In this document: positions 12,582 to 26,711 of the stretch, piece after piece
Layout: each line of letters opens with the position of its first letter
How positions within the stretch are numbered: position 1 is the first letter of the stretch
Source: Hydrolagus affinis
Taxonomy: Eukaryota
Assembly (NCBI GenBank): GCA_012026655.1
Contig: JAAILG010000612.1
Span: forward strand, 1-64,000
DNA length: 64,000 bases
Reading direction: 5' to 3'
Notes under the pieces: model-generated
The model's input: the letters and a program-made list of their open reading frames with translations, nothing else
Databases searched by the model: none
Told to the model about the DNA's origin: nothing
Made by a program: the position numbers and the translations under genes

Positions 12582-12868
12582 ATAATAATCCTTGCATTTA
12601 AAATAGAGCTATTCACAACTTCTAGACATCTCAAAGTGTAAAGTGAATTGACTGTATACTTGTGGGCGAAACGCAGCAGTCAGTGGCGCACAGCAGTATC
12701 CCACAAACATGGATTGAAATTACCAATTTATTATTATTATTTTTTAGGGATTATTATGCTTGTGGAGTAAGGAAACTCGCCCAAGGTTTTGCCCTGACTG
12801 GCCAGGATTTGAAGACAGGTCTCATGTTTGTAAAGCGAGTACTCTAACCACTAAGCTAAAGGACTCCA
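12582..12868 (-). mobile_element. tRNA-derived SINE followed by a (TA)n tract (about 12870-12924)
   Basis: ataataatccttgcattt...gagtactctaaccactaagctaaaggactcc. Confidence 0.9.
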
Positions 12869-15096
12869 CATATATATATATATAGTATATACTATATATG
12901 TGTATATGTGTATATATATATATGCCTCTCTGCTCCTAGTCTGACCTCCTGTTGCTGGGATGTCCACAGACACTGGCTGTCTCCTGATATTGTTAATGTG
13001 TGAGCCTTGGCAGTGAGTGTGGACAACTCATTTGACTTTGGTGGACATCACAGGTGAGGGCTGGCCTCGCCCCACACAGCTGTCGCACACATGCAAAATT
13101 CAGAAGAGCATACTGTAGAAGGACCAGAAGCAATAATCCTGGGTGGATTTCCCCCAAACCCAACCCAACTTGGAAAGTTTGGGGCAATTATGCAGCCTTG
13201 ACCGAGACCAGCAAACTCAGCTCTATTCACAGCACAATCAGAGCTGCTCCTTGAGCAGTTTATTTATGATTTCCATCCACTAATACGTGTGAAAGATGTA
13301 AACCACATGGAACTTGTACAGTAATCTGTTTTGGCAAACTGGTCAGTGGGCTATTTCTGCATTACCTAAGCTGTAACTGAAATGTTGCTTTCAACAATTC
13401 ATTTGTGAGCTCAGAACTGTGCAAATGCTGATTGAAGGTTTTTCCATTTTTCCAAATAGGTTTTCCTATACGCTTGGATTTTCTATTGGAGCACCAGATA
13501 TGTAAAGTCATGCAAAATAATTTCATAATTTAAATTTGCAAGGCATCACTGTTTTAAGTTGATGTTGCAATGTAATATTAACCATAACAACATCTGACTT
13601 TTGCAACAAAAAAAATCCACCATTTATTTTCGCCCACAAAATATAAGATCAATTCACTTTACAATATATTCTGCGAAGCATTTTGAGACGTCTGGATGAT
13701 GTGAAAAGCGCTATTTCAAATGCAACGATTATTATTACTATTTACTTTCAACACTAGCTTGTGAAACTTTTGTGAACTTTTGTGACAGTTTAGCACAGTA
13801 CTTCTGACGTGAAAGGCGCTCTAAAAATGTAATTTTGTTGTTGTTGTACTTTGCACCAGGGGGATTCTGCGTTCAAATTCCAGTATTCCATCATTTTGAA
13901 GTTGGCAAAAAAAAATAGCACGTGTAAAATATATTTTCCTTTGCAGGAAATCTGTGGGGGTTTTGTGTGGAGCTGAAGTGGGTCTAAAGAGAACGTGCCT
14001 GCGAGGATTGCCGCCTAGGATTGATTATTTTAAATGCTACCTTTCAAATAATTGTAATGTTAACAGAAATGTGCCAGCTAATTAATTTAATTTCTTCTCA
14101 CTTCACACTCGCACCTTGCTCAGACTTAAAACACCCTTTTATGACGCAGCATATGCAATACATTTAAGTAACCACAGACGTTAAGCTGAAGAGTTACTGC
14201 ATTTCCATTGCAATGTGGAAATTACTACACTTTTCCAAACACATTTTGGAGAAATGTTTGACAAATAGCAATTCCAATTTCAAGCAGTTTGCAATCTAAA
14301 TGACAAGGTACTCGATTCATATCATCTTTTCCTCCCATACAATATGATCATATTGCTCCTCAATTTGTGTGTAATTTTCTGGTTGAAATAAATAAAAATA
14401 AATCTAAAAATGTAGATTGCTAATAATCACTTCATTTCACCATCGACTGGAGAGACAGATTACTGCCTGCATTGCAACCCAGCCTGTACATGTTGTCTTG
14501 TATCATTTACGATTGCACAGACCTTGTGTTTTCAAGTCTAATTAAATTCAGACCTGGTGTGATTTCTACACACACCATGGAAATCAAAACCACAGTGTCC
14601 AACATGCTTCAAGTTCTTGCCCTTCAAATACACAGCAACATGACCAGATAGATCATTTACAACTGTCTTTTCTGAACACTTTTATTTAGGTTTCAAGTTT
14701 CTTTAGACCCAGACCCTTGTTTCCTGAGTGAAGTTTTCTTGGCAACCAGACAAAATAAATAGGAGTGGTGATATTTTCATCTAGCAGATCAAACAATCAT
14801 TAGCACACCAAAAAAACTAGTGTTTTTTTTTCCTCCAGATATCAGTATAGGTTCCCCACCCACCCACACACAGAAAAATGTATTTCCAATCGTGGCTTTA
14901 GGAACGAAACGTTCAAATAAGTACACATTCCTAGGGTTTGGCTTGAGCAGTGTAGAAACTTTACAAAATAACAAACACAGTATGATCCATATTTTCAGTA
15001 GGAAAGAGCCACTGGAATCCCAAATGCAGAGTAATGTCTGCGAGGAGAGCAGCAAAGAGGGGGTGGTGGGGGGGGAGTGCAAACTTAAAAACTTAC

Positions 15097-15330
15097 CAAA
15101 AGTAGATCTTTAGTTCTCAGGAAGTTCTAAGCCAGCCAAACTTGCTGAAATTGTAGAAACTGGCCCTGAAGTTGAACCAGCCCAGCCCCACAGCCCTGAC
15201 TCTACTGCTCTCTTTAACAGTGTGAGTGACAACCCTGCAGTGTTTTTGTGAGACTCGTTTCTTCTATGTAAGGATGAAGAGGGCGGTGCAAGGGAATTAA
15301 ATATGACTGGAGCTCTGGCAGACCAGCTGC
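15097..15330 (-). promoter_or_regulatory. Candidate internal promoter and non-coding alternative first exon in AHNAK2 intron 1
   Basis: Non-repetitive, GC-richer island with an E-box (15324), a GC box GGGCGG (15281) and a TATA-like TTAAAGA (15217-15211). These are followed by about 110 nt with no ATG, ending in a consensus donor TTG|GTAAGT at 15097/15096. Confidence 0.4.
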
Positions 15331-15847
15331 ACAACCAAATCTAAAGCACTGTAGGCAAGCCTAATATCCTTTGAAATCTAAACCCACAGTTTTAAAGGAA
15401 CAACTAGGCTGCTACATTTAGAGCAAAGATGAGCAATTACAGCTTCCCCTATTCCCAATCCCAGTTGTCCCAACATAACTCAACAGTTAGGAATATAGTG
15501 TAAACAGATCACTGGAACATCTTACCTTGCAATCTTTTGCCTCGAGGATATACTGTCTGAGGTATTGAAGTTAATAGCATTAATGATATACAGTACAGTC
15601 TTACTATCTTGTGGCTCACGACCTGTATTTAAATAGGATCCTTTACATAGACTAACATCTCGCGGAGTTTTTTTGTACAGTAAAGGAAGGCGTGGGAAGA
15701 GAGTTATTTCAGAGGGCACTTTTACAGATGTATTTAAAATTTCAAATGGAATTGAGAAAGTAAACCCTGAACAATACTTTCAGAATTCTGAAAACAATCT
15801 TGTCTGCTTGACTTCATTTAACACTTTCGTTTTCTAATTTTCTTATA

Positions 15848-16125
15848 TGGTTAGAGCACTCGCCTTACAAACGTGAGACCTGTGTTTCGAATCCAGGCAG
15901 GTCAGGGCGAAACCTTGGGCAAATTTCCTTACTCCACACGCCTAATAATAATAGGTCATTTCAATCGACTACTGTTTGTGGGGACACTGCTGTGTGCTAT
16001 TGGCTGCCGCATTCCGCCCACAAATACACAGCCAATTCACTTTACAGCATATTCTGTGAAGCGCTTTGAGACGTCTAGAAGACTTGAAAAGCTCTATATC
16101 AAAATGCAAGGATTATTATTATTAT
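15848..16125 (+). mobile_element. tRNA-derived SINE, near full length
   Basis: tggttagagcactcgccttacaaacgtgagacc...aaatgcaaggattattattatta. Confidence 0.92.
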
Positions 16126-16426
16126 ATAAAGATGTTTTCAACTGAGTTTGGAACAGTTGCCAGCAGGTGAATTGAGGGCCATTGCCATTGACAGTCAGTG
16201 TGCCATTGAAGTCTGTACCTTCAAAGTATCTCTTGTGTTCAATAGCAATACAGTACTTTGCTGTAATGTTCAGTTTTTTTTCTCTTAATGGTACAGTAGC
16301 AGTAATCCACTTTGATAATTAAACATCACTTAAGTGTACAATTGGGGCGGGTCAGTGCAATTATCAATCTGTCTCCTGAGGTGTTCAATTACACCAAAGA
16401 TAATGCCTACGTCTGCTCTTATTATT

Positions 16427-16526
16427 NNNNNNNNNNNNNNNNNNNNNNNNNNNNNNNNNNNNNNNNNNNNNNNNNNNNNNNNNNNNNNNNNNNNNNNNNN
16501 NNNNNNNNNNNNNNNNNNNNNNNNNN
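16427..16526. other. Assembly gap (100 N)
   Basis: Run of 100 N; the true length is unknown, so the intron 1 size is approximate. Confidence 0.99.
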
Positions 16527-19500
16527 GTAAGGGGGAGGGGGAATTGGAGGGGGGAAGCGCTGGGACAAAATATTTACCTTCATTGGAAATTATTTGAATT
16601 CGACAATTATCATTACTTCAATATTTTTTATATACCTATTCTAAAAATGTGCATGTGTTTAAAAAATATATACAGTATATCATCAAAAGTATGTTTAACA
16701 GTCTTAAAGGAATTGTGTAGAGTGTCCTGATTTGGGGGGATTTGTAAGTAGACATAAACAGCAAGAACCTGCAATTATATAGCTCCTTTCACGTTGTTAT
16801 ATGTCTGAAAGCAGAGGTGTTGTGGAGCCTGAGCAGGGTGGGAGATAGGGAATAGGGGGATGGCTAAAAGTATGATTAAAGACTTAAGTTTGTAGAATTG
16901 TTTTGAAATGAAGAAGGCGTGTACAGACAGATGGATTTAGGAGCAGAGTTCCATATCAAAAAGTTACCTTGTGTGCTTTCAAAATACCTGTAGCTTGTTT
17001 TACTAAGCTGGGTGTATCATCACCACTGTTACTCATTTGATGAACTGTTTGCAATGGAGACAGATTTTAACAAATATAATTTTTGGCGAAGTCAAAGAAA
17101 ACCTAATCAAATCAAGATCGCTTGGGTTAGTGAGAAAATGTCCACAACCCTTGCCCAAACAAACAACATGGGTTCCAACACACTTTTTTCCTCTGAAGGC
17201 AGCACTCCACCTACCATCAGCCTCGTCCCTACTTGGGTCTCGAACTGACAATCCTCTGACACAGAAATGGTAATTCTACCGACAGAACCGGTCTAGCTCC
17301 TTCAATAATGTTACTGTGACTCCCTGCTTACCTTCTTGAATTTGTAGTTTGAGTTTTCCATGCTTGGTAGTAATTATTTCTGCTGCAATGATTTTACTGA
17401 TGGATAAATATTTGTACACAGGGAATGACAGGTCAAGGCTCTACATTTCCTAAGCTTGAAATGTTTACTATCAAACCACTTTTTGCATATAAACTATCAG
17501 CACCTAACAATTTTACAAATCACAAGATTCGTGTTAGCTGATTATTTGTTTGCAATGATCTCAACTACAAATCTATTATTCTTCCTGCTTTGTTTTGTCA
17601 CAGCAGTCAAAACAATGATCAACATTTCAATGCATATTTGTTAATCGATTAATAAGCAGAAATAGTGGGCAGTAAAATTGCTTTGGAAAATGCGTTCCTT
17701 CATTTGACCCCTTATATAGTACTACTGAAAGTCTTGCTCAACTTTCAAAGTGATGGTATAGATAATTCAGAGCGTGGTCGTAAGAGGATAGTGCTCTTCA
17801 TGGGAAGGATAGGGATTGTTAAGTAGGAATATTGAGAAAGTGAGGGATGCCATTAGCATTCACTTTAGTGAGTGTGGTACAGTACTGACCTTGAGAAGGA
17901 TTGGGCAATGCTACATACCAGTAGTGTTTAATCTAGAAATTAAAAACAATAATGGTAATTTTTTTTATCATCCAAAAATGTAGAATGATAATCATATATA
18001 ATGTTGCTGCTAGTAATTGCTATTGTGATTGGGAAGTCCTATCACTATTCTGTTTAACCCACATAAAAGTTGGTTCATGAAAGGTCACATTCTAAGAGTA
18101 ATGAAAAAAAGTGCGTTAATTATATTATGTCCTCATGATGGAGTACACGGTCAAACGTCCATTATAATATTTTCATTTTTTAATTAACTTATTTGCGTAA
18201 TTTTCCCCAAAATTTATTCCTTTCAATGTCTGTGGTCTGTGTTTTCCTGACCAATATTTGTCCTCTGCCCTTCCAAAGGCAACAGTAACTTTTCCTTCGG
18301 CTGGGAGTACCATTCATTGTTACTTTGCCCAAATGGCCATAATACAGTATGTGGCAATATTGACGACGCATATTTAGATAATTCAACCACATTGGCATCT
18401 GTCACCTCTACTCTTTGCTCAGAAGATGCCCGTAGACATGCAAACCCTATGTGGGTTGAGGTGACTGTTCCTGTCTTGTGACCAATCAGTCAGGAATACA
18501 AACCTTTGCTGACTTTCAGGTCACAATCAGAGGCACTGAATTAAAACTGGAGCCTTCTCATTGTGTACAATTGAACACCACATTAAATATTGCAAGAGTT
18601 AAATAGTGACTGCTTTAAATATGTCCTAAAACCTAAAAGAAATCCATTGGTATGAATACTGGAGCCTCTTCTAACCTTATATGGACTGCATTCAGCTGGA
18701 GTAAACAGCTCCCAGCTGACCACTATTAAGTTTTATTTCCAAACAACCACAGTAATTGTTCTACAGTACTAAGTAATATTCTTGAGGGGAACTCGTGCTC
18801 CTTCTTCCCCCCACCCCACCACCACCCCCAGTTGCTACAAGGCATGCAGGATTATTCTTTGATTTGTTGCCAGGAAAATTGTTTTTTAAAAAAAAACAGT
18901 ACTGAAGACTGCCTGATCTGAAAGAGAATTTTAGGCGAAGCTTGTCTCACACACAGTGTGGGGCTTCTGAGGTCTTCTTTTCTGGTAGAAACTAGAATAG
19001 TCTGAATATAATCGCAGTGGAATGGCAACAATTATTTTACTGAGGACTTGCCTTTGTTGGTCTATCTGTGTTTGAAATTCTCAGTAGTTGTTTTTTTGAT
19101 CGAGGCATGAACCTACTCTTTATTTATTCCATATTATTCTTGTCTTCAGAGCTAAGAGGGGCATGGTTAATATCACCCCAGTTATTCAAACTTGCTCTTT
19201 TAACTGACTGAGTATATGAATGGGGAAATTGATACCAGAAAATACAGGAGTAGGCCATTCAACCCCTCAAGCCTATTCTGAGCTTTGCAGAATATATTGT
19301 AAAAGTGGATTGACTGTATTTTGCGGGTGAATTCTATTGTAAGAGGAAGTTTTATGAGCATGAGTTGCATCGAACAATTTTTAGACATTTTGGTTCACGA
19401 TTCAGAAATGTTACACTGGTTGTTCCGGAGGTTGATTCTTTATGTGTGTGTGTGTTTTCCTTGTATTTGTGTCTATATTATCAAACATTTCTACAGCAAA

Positions 19501-19659
19501 ATGGTTGTAAACAACAACTGAGAAGGGGGGAAAAAACCATTTGATTTGTACATAATCTAGGTTTCCAATTGGCACCTCATTAAACTAGCAAAGCTGCCGA
19601 CTTTCACTGTGTAGATTTGGTTTTTGTATCTGTATTCAAGTAGCGATACACACTCACCA

Positions 19660-19905
19660 TCTCCACACAGAACTCGTCTGCCTCTCCCACACCAGCCTGT
19701 CACTCCCATCCTGGCTCTCACCCTCCCTACTTTTAAAGCCCATCTTAAGACATACCTCTTTGATTTTTATCATTTTGCTCCCACTCCCTAACCACCACCT
19801 CCCCAACCGCCCACACCCGCCTCCCCTTGGATCCCCAGTCAGCTGTGTAAACTGCTTTGAGGTGTCTCCTGATGTGGTAGGCGCTACATGAGGTCAATTG
19901 AATTG
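19660..19905 (+). mobile_element. Decayed L2 3' fragment
   Basis: ttttaaagcccatcttaagacatacctctttga (FKAHLKTYLF) and the tail tgctttgaggtgtctcctgatgtggtaggcgctacat. Confidence 0.65.
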
Positions 19906-20234
19906 TATTCTAAAAAACAGAAAAGCAGGATGTATGTTTAATGACATAGTGCACAAATGAATACAGTACAAAGAGTTGGAAGAAATGACTCACCAGTCGA
20001 GCATCCAGGCATTTCCGAAAAGTGTATTTGGAAATATTGTTTTAACAATTATTTTATCGATTGAACGAATAGCTATTCTGCCGAAGTAAATTACTATTCA
20101 CAGAAATCCTATGAGACTTGTCAAATTGTTGGAAAAAGTGAATCTAGTGTGAATCCCTAACCTTTCAAGTGATTGCTTCAACAGTAATGATTATATCCCG
20201 TCTCTTTTAAAGAATACTCCTTGATACAAAATGA

Positions 20235-20319
20235 TTGTTTCAACAACAACAAAATTACATTTGTGTAGCGCCTTTCATGTCAGGAGGACGTCCCTTAGCG
20301 CTGTACAAATGTTTCAACA
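20235..20319 (-). mobile_element. About 65-bp L2-tail micro-insertion with target-site duplication TGTTTCAACA
   Basis: tgtttcaaca-acaacaaaattacatttgtgtagcgcctttcatgtcaggaggacgtcccttagcgctgtacaaa-tgtttcaaca. Confidence 0.8.
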
Positions 20320-20337
20320 GTAATGATCATTTCCTGT

Positions 20338-20465
20338 CAGGTTTCGCCCGCAAAATATAGTCAATTCACCTTACAGTATATTCTGTGAAGCGCTCTGAGA
20401 CGCCTAGAAGACGTGATAAGGTGCATCAAATGCAAGGATTATTATTAAGGATTATTATTATTATC
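20338..20465 (+). mobile_element. SINE 3' fragment (other partial copies near 13627, 20800, 25700, 30945, 31850, 35960, 39835, 40365, 52440)
   Basis: cagtatattctgtgaagcgctctgagacgcctagaagacgtg...aaatgcaaggattattatta. Confidence 0.8.
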
Positions 20466-21475
20466 AAGTCTTTTTTATCTGACATTTTGATCAGAATGTG
20501 AAATAGCTAATCCAATTATTGCCACTCCCTAAAGAAAAAACTGAGTCGACCATTTTCATGTAAGCTGCTAGCTAGCATTTTCTCTGTGATGTAAATGTCA
20601 CAACAATAATTCAGGTTTTCAAATGGTTCAATACAGTACTGTACTTTGAAAAGTCCTTTGTGGTTTCAGTCTTTCTCTCTCCAGTCTCTCACTCTCTCAG
20701 CCTCCTCTCTTTATTTCTATTTTTCTCTCTCCCTATCTCCATATCTCCCCATCTCCTTTTCTTTCTCTACCTTGTGAATGAGGTATGAAGTCACTAGTGC
20801 ATGTAATTGGCTGTCTGTTTCACCCACAAATTACAAAGTTACCATACTTTACACTATATTCTGTGTGAAGTGCTTTGAGACCGCTCAACGATGTGATAAG
20901 ATGCTATATCAAATGCAAGGATTTTTATAAATATACGCTGCACTAATTTGAGAAATATTTAATTATATGCATGAGTGGTAAACAGCTATAAATTGTGGGG
21001 TGGGTGGGGGGTCAATTTCTGGTGTGTAGCACTATTTTAGAGGAGTCAGAGTTCTTCATATTTTTCGCTAATTGAAGGAAAATGTAAAATATTTTGACCA
21101 ATTTCTGATTAACGCAAGATTACAGTAGACAGGAGTAGCGGATGGCAGTGTTGTATAATGAAAAATTTCAATGGAGAGCTGTCATTTTCCCTTATCTTGA
21201 GAAAGAAGCAATCCATATAATTGAACAGCAATTATTGAAGGAGGGAAGGAGCATAAGCAAGATGGTAAATATTGATTCCAGTGAAGCTGGAATCCAGGTG
21301 AAATCTTTGTAAAGTCACTGATTGGATGTGAAAATACACAAATACACTTTGAAGAAAACCATGTTTCTGTAATTTCCATGAACATAACAGCACAGAATGA
21401 GAAAATTGAGTTACAATTAACCATAACACAATGGCTCCAAAAAAAATGTTCTACCTCTAGGACCAATTTGAAATC

Positions 21476-21722
21476 ATTATAATAATCCTTGCATTTGATA
21501 TAGTGCTTTTCACGTCTTGAAGACGTCTCAAATCGCTTCACAGAATATGCTGTAAAGTGAATCAACGGTATATTTGTGGGCAAAACGCAGCAGCCAATCG
21601 TACACAGCAATGTCCCACACACAGTTGTGGATTGAAGTGACTCATTTTATTATTGCTGTTTTTTTTCTTGTGAGTTTATTGTCAGGCGTGCGCAGTAAAG
21701 AAACTTGCCCGAGGTTTCGCTC
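21476..21722 (-). mobile_element. tRNA-derived SINE, 5'-truncated
   Basis: Family tail and body in reverse; no head. Confidence 0.88.
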
Positions 21723-24684
21723 TTTGCTAAAGGTGGACAAGAGAAGAATTGCATTTAGCACGAAAAGTAGTGTATTTCAGGCAAGTGAGTAAGTTGCTCA
21801 GTTTTCAAATGTAATCAGTGTTTATTTATTTCAATACTCTATTCAAATCAGGCATTCAAGCCCAATTAAGGATGGCTTGAGCAGATAGTCAGATCTGTCC
21901 AACAATGCACATTTTGCATATTGTCAGTGGAACCAGCAAGATCCTCTTTCCTGTATAACTCCAGGGAATTTCTGATTGTCGAAAACTGCAGTGAAACAAA
22001 CAAAAAGGTTCTGTTTCAGGCAGTGGCAGAAATGTATGATAATAATAACCTGCTTTTCTGAACTTCACACAGTGAATGTTATCTCAACCCATCTTATGAA
22101 AGTGTGGATGGGCAGAAGAGGTATTTAATTTATAAGTATATGATTTGCATACTGTGAAGTGATACTGTGAAGCAATCACATGAAGACATTTTTATTGTCT
22201 CTTAACATTTTTTGCAGTTTGATCCTAATTAAATTTAATGTATTTTCCTCAAATGAAACAAATGATTCTCAGAATGTGCCACGCAGACATAAAGGGAAAG
22301 GATTTGAACCCTTTTCTTTAGACCAGCCATGATTGAAAATTATTCACATATGAACAAACATTCCTGGCACATGTATTTGTATGGAGTATATCAGATTGTG
22401 CCAGAGGGATGAATCATATCTCTGGCTGTGCTTCCCTGTAATGGGATACTGGATAAGTGCCTTTAATGTAAAAAAATATATTATATTTGCTGTAATAACT
22501 GTGTCAAAAAATTCAGCATTTACATTATTTAGAAATGCATCATTTACAATGCTGTCATTGTTTTTCTTTTTTCATAATGTAAATCATTTAGTTATAAAAC
22601 ATTGATGTTCAAAGCAGCTGATGCTAGAGAGGTTTAAGTAACTCACAGGCAAATGTATTCTTAACCATTTCACTGCCATTATCCTAGAGTATTTAGGATT
22701 TTGAGAAATGATAGAATATAGTAGAATATAGATTTGTTTAATGTTTAAACAGTACTGTTTACATGGGGTTGAGCTCCTTTGAAGCTTTTCGGCACATTTG
22801 GACATCATCCTGACACGAAAAGCGCTGTGATTTGTTGTTTGTTATTGGAAAAGAAATGGGTATAAATCAATCTAAATATTTCCTAAAAAGAGTGACAAGG
22901 AATTAGCAGACAGCCGTAACTCCCAACGACATGCTTTATACTCTCAATGCCAGTGGTCAATGTATTTACCTGTTAGGAATAAGATGCACTCACCTGTCAA
23001 AGCCAATTAATGTATTATTACGCAGAGAATCACCCACTGTGGCGTACCAAAAACTATGGAATAGCATTAGAAAGTTTCTTCAAAATTTTCTTTACTCATT
23101 TCAGCAAACAGGAGGGTTCAATTAATCTCATTCATCTCCCTCAGGCTATTGAATCCAAATCACAATCTCCAAACTACAGTATAATAGAATAACAGCAGTT
23201 AACAAATCCTAAAACACTAAAGTTTCTAAACACAGTCATATACTTTAACAAGCAGATTTATACGTCCTGAAATTTGCAGAATTTAAACCATTAGGGTGTT
23301 AGTTGTTTCTGAATTGCAGCACGTAATGTTTTTCCTTTGCATTTATGTACAATATTTAGCAAATGACCGAATTTTCAGGAAGTGAAATATGTTCTTAAAA
23401 AATCAAATAGTGTTGCAGTTTTATATCTTTATATGGGGTTAAATAAGACCAATTAGTAGAATCTTGTTGAGTTCCAGAGAAGCCTTTTAAACTAGACTGT
23501 CCAAAAATGCGGGTTGTTGCATGAACTTAATTGGAGTGGAACCAGCTCATTCCTGTTTGAGCTGTAAATAGTGAAATGACTGGTTGTCATTTTAGATTTT
23601 TGAAACAGCTTCAAAATGAAGAGAAGCACTGAGGGAGTCTGCTTCAATGTTTATATCATTAAAATGTAACTTAAAATTATCATTCTACAGTTGTTGCATA
23701 TACAGAAATGGTAATGCCACATTCATTTTTACCTAAGGCTGCCATTTATGATCGTAGCGTAGAATAGAATCATAGAATCATAGGGTTTTACAGCACTGAA
23801 GTAGGCCATTCAGCCCATTGTGCCTATTAGGAGAAAGATGACCGAAGGCGCGGTCGAAGAGAAAGGTCTTTAGCTGAAACTGGGAAGTGAGGGGGAGATT
23901 AGTCCAATTCGTTATCCAATTAGTCCCCTTCTCTGCTCTCTCCCCCCCTCTTTGCAAACATTTCCTAGCTAAGATCACAGTCCCAAGATCATAGCACACA
24001 TATGTTTGTTGCATCATAGCCTAATGTTACATTTAATCATATACTGTGGATTACGGTTTTGTTTATTTATTCAGTAGTAAGAGATTTAGTGGCTGACAAT
24101 TAAAAATTAGTATTCTGCGTTTACATTCCAAGCATAATGCTTGTCCTCTACATCAGCAAGAGTAATATATTTTACCTAAACTAGATGCCAAAATAAGATC
24201 TATTTCCAATTGTAGCTGTATCTCTTTTCACCCATTAGTTGCCCCAGGATATGATTAACAACAGGTTTTGTTCACAAATTTGTGTGAATTCAAACTAATG
24301 CGCTTTTGGGGCAGTTTATTCCAATACGCAATCGCTGACGGTAATGACTGTTGTTTGTTTGAGAGAATAGAATGTCAGTCCATCCAAAATGGTAGGAAAC
24401 TTTATACTTTTTGAAGGTTGGAGGGGATCCCAAAAAACCTCAAGAAAAGTAATTAATGAGGAAGATTATGTATATAAAGGGTGAGAAGTGGAAAGGACTG
24501 TGTGATGCGCCAACGAGAACTCATACAAAAAGCTCTCAGGTGAATGGCCAATTACCCTGCAGGATTGTTGGCTGGCTACACTGCCTCCAGGCTAAATATT
24601 AAAAGTAAAGATCCTTTTGGCAAACAAACTATTTTTATAAACAATGTTACTTTGCCAAATTTCATGATGTTACATTGTTTTATC

Positions 24685-24792
24685 AGTCCTGATCAAAGGT
24701 CGTCAACCTGAAACATCGACCTAACTCAGTTTCTTCTTTCTATAGATGTTGTCTGACCTGCTGAGTGTTCCCAGCGACTTTTGCTTTTATAT
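24685..24792 (+). mobile_element. Penelope-like terminal-repeat fragment with a degenerate hammerhead-like core
   Basis: CTGATCA-A-AGGT-cgtca-ACCT-GAAAC followed by ...tagatgttgtctgacctgctgagtgttcccagc, resembling the Penelope-type terminus common in cartilaginous fish. Confidence 0.55.
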
Positions 24793-26711
24793 TGTTTTTA
24801 TAAACGTGTTTGGTTAGTTAGGTAAAGATGATTGATGAGGGGGAAATGTTATGAGGCATGAATTATACTGATGGAAGCAGGCTGTTTGCAGTTGACTCTA
24901 AGCTAATATAGAACATCAGACTTTAACATAGACCTGGAGGGTTTGTTTTTGGTCTGTGGAGTTTGTGATACGCGCAGAAACCCTTCACCGTGCCAGCTAT
25001 TTACTCGCAGGCCCGTAAGGTGGTGTCTAATTTCTTGGAACCAAAGTACTACATCATGTATGGTTTCTGTTTGCCTGATATGCAGCTTGCCTTTTCTCCC
25101 CGAAGGGGTGCACCTTGCTTACCTACTCTCAGACACAGTTTGACGAGAGGCAAGGCTTGGAGACCCCAGAGTTGGCATTGAGATTCTGCTGGAGTTTCTT
25201 TAGCTAAATCTTCACCCTGTAATACACCAGAACATTGATAACCATCCTGCTGTTTGTCCATATTATATGCTTGGCTTGCAAGATTATCTAGAGCTGACTG
25301 GGTGAGTGGGGAGATAGTAGTTGACTGTAGTAGTTGAAGAATCACAGTCCACAGTGACTGGTCCAGTCCTCAAAGTCTTGATAACGTCCCTGGCTGGTCT
25401 ATCATTAACAGTGCCCTGACGTGTTATGGACTCCCTGGCTCAGTGGGGATGACTAAAACCACCACAGAATATTGACTTTCTGATTTTCCATTGCCAGGCA
25501 AATCACCGCTGACCCAACTGAGCCCCAGAGATGCTACTCCGCTCCCCCCCACCCCCCTCCACCCCTCCCTCCCCCCCCCCTCAGTGGAGGACAGGAAGAA
25601 CTAGAGGACAGGAGTGCAAAATTAACCAACTTCAAACAAAACTAGAGACTTCCTGGAAAACATCAGAAAGAGCAAGGAAATGGGATTAGCATATATAGAT
25701 ATAATAATAATAATCCTTACAGTTGATATAGCACCTTATCACGTCTTCGAAATGTCTCAAAGCACTTCACAGCATACACTGTAAAGTGAATTGACTGTAT
25801 ATTTTTGTGGGCGATATAGTACCAGGACAGATTAAAAAGGGGTCAAATTTATGCCCCCTCAAACATTAGCTGTAATGTTCTATGGTTCTATGTGTTGTGA
25901 ACGGTGACATAAATGATATAAGTGGCTTGTGATCTCCACTCTGTTTATGACTTTGAATATCATTGATGTGCGCAGGATAAGAAAACTGTGGGGAAAATTT
26001 GCCTGTGAAGTCCAGCAGTTTCACCCATGGCAATGAAAATATAAATTCTTGTCTAGTTTTGGCTCAGCTAAGATGGAAGGTCAAGCACATCAGCAAGATT
26101 TAATATATAATGGAGTGTTTGGATCCATGCCTAGAACAAAATGTTAGTGTGCACCATAACAATGGTTTCTTCTTTCAAGCAAGTCCAGGGCTCTGCTTTC
26201 AGACATTCAGGCAGAGATGAACGTCACACAATTTTTCTGCATCAACCAAGCAGCTGCATTAACTAACATGATTTGCTAGGTGTGTTGAAAATATTCAATT
26301 TATCATTGAATAAGCTAAATCAGCTAAATTGACAAAATGTGCTATTCAGATAGCAGTGAAGAGTAGGGAATTGCAAACAAATGGAAACATAATGCATTTT
26401 TTTCCCCCCCTTCCCTCCACCCCTCCAGTTTGGGTGCAAATGCTTGACTGTCCAGTACTATGGGAAGCCCTCCCAACATAAAAAGCGCTATACAAACATA
26501 ATTTGTTGTTGTTGTTTTAATGATACAGTACTCAGTAAATAAGTCAATGAATTTTTTTTTAAACATCATCTATTTTACCTATTGGGGGAACTGGCTGCAG
26601 ATTTGGTCTTGCATTACCTTAACTATAACATGAACGTCGCTAAACTTCAAAAAAATAGAATTTCAAATGCAAGGTTTATTTTTTGTTAAACGCAGAAAGC
26701 AAATAAATGAA

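Noticed and set aside
15121-15221. Plus-strand exon-like segment (cag|GA...AGT|gtgagt; SSKPAKLAEIVETGPEVEPAQP)
   Set aside because: No partner exons or recognisable protein were found. The minus-strand promoter reading fits the host gene better, although an antisense exon is not excluded.
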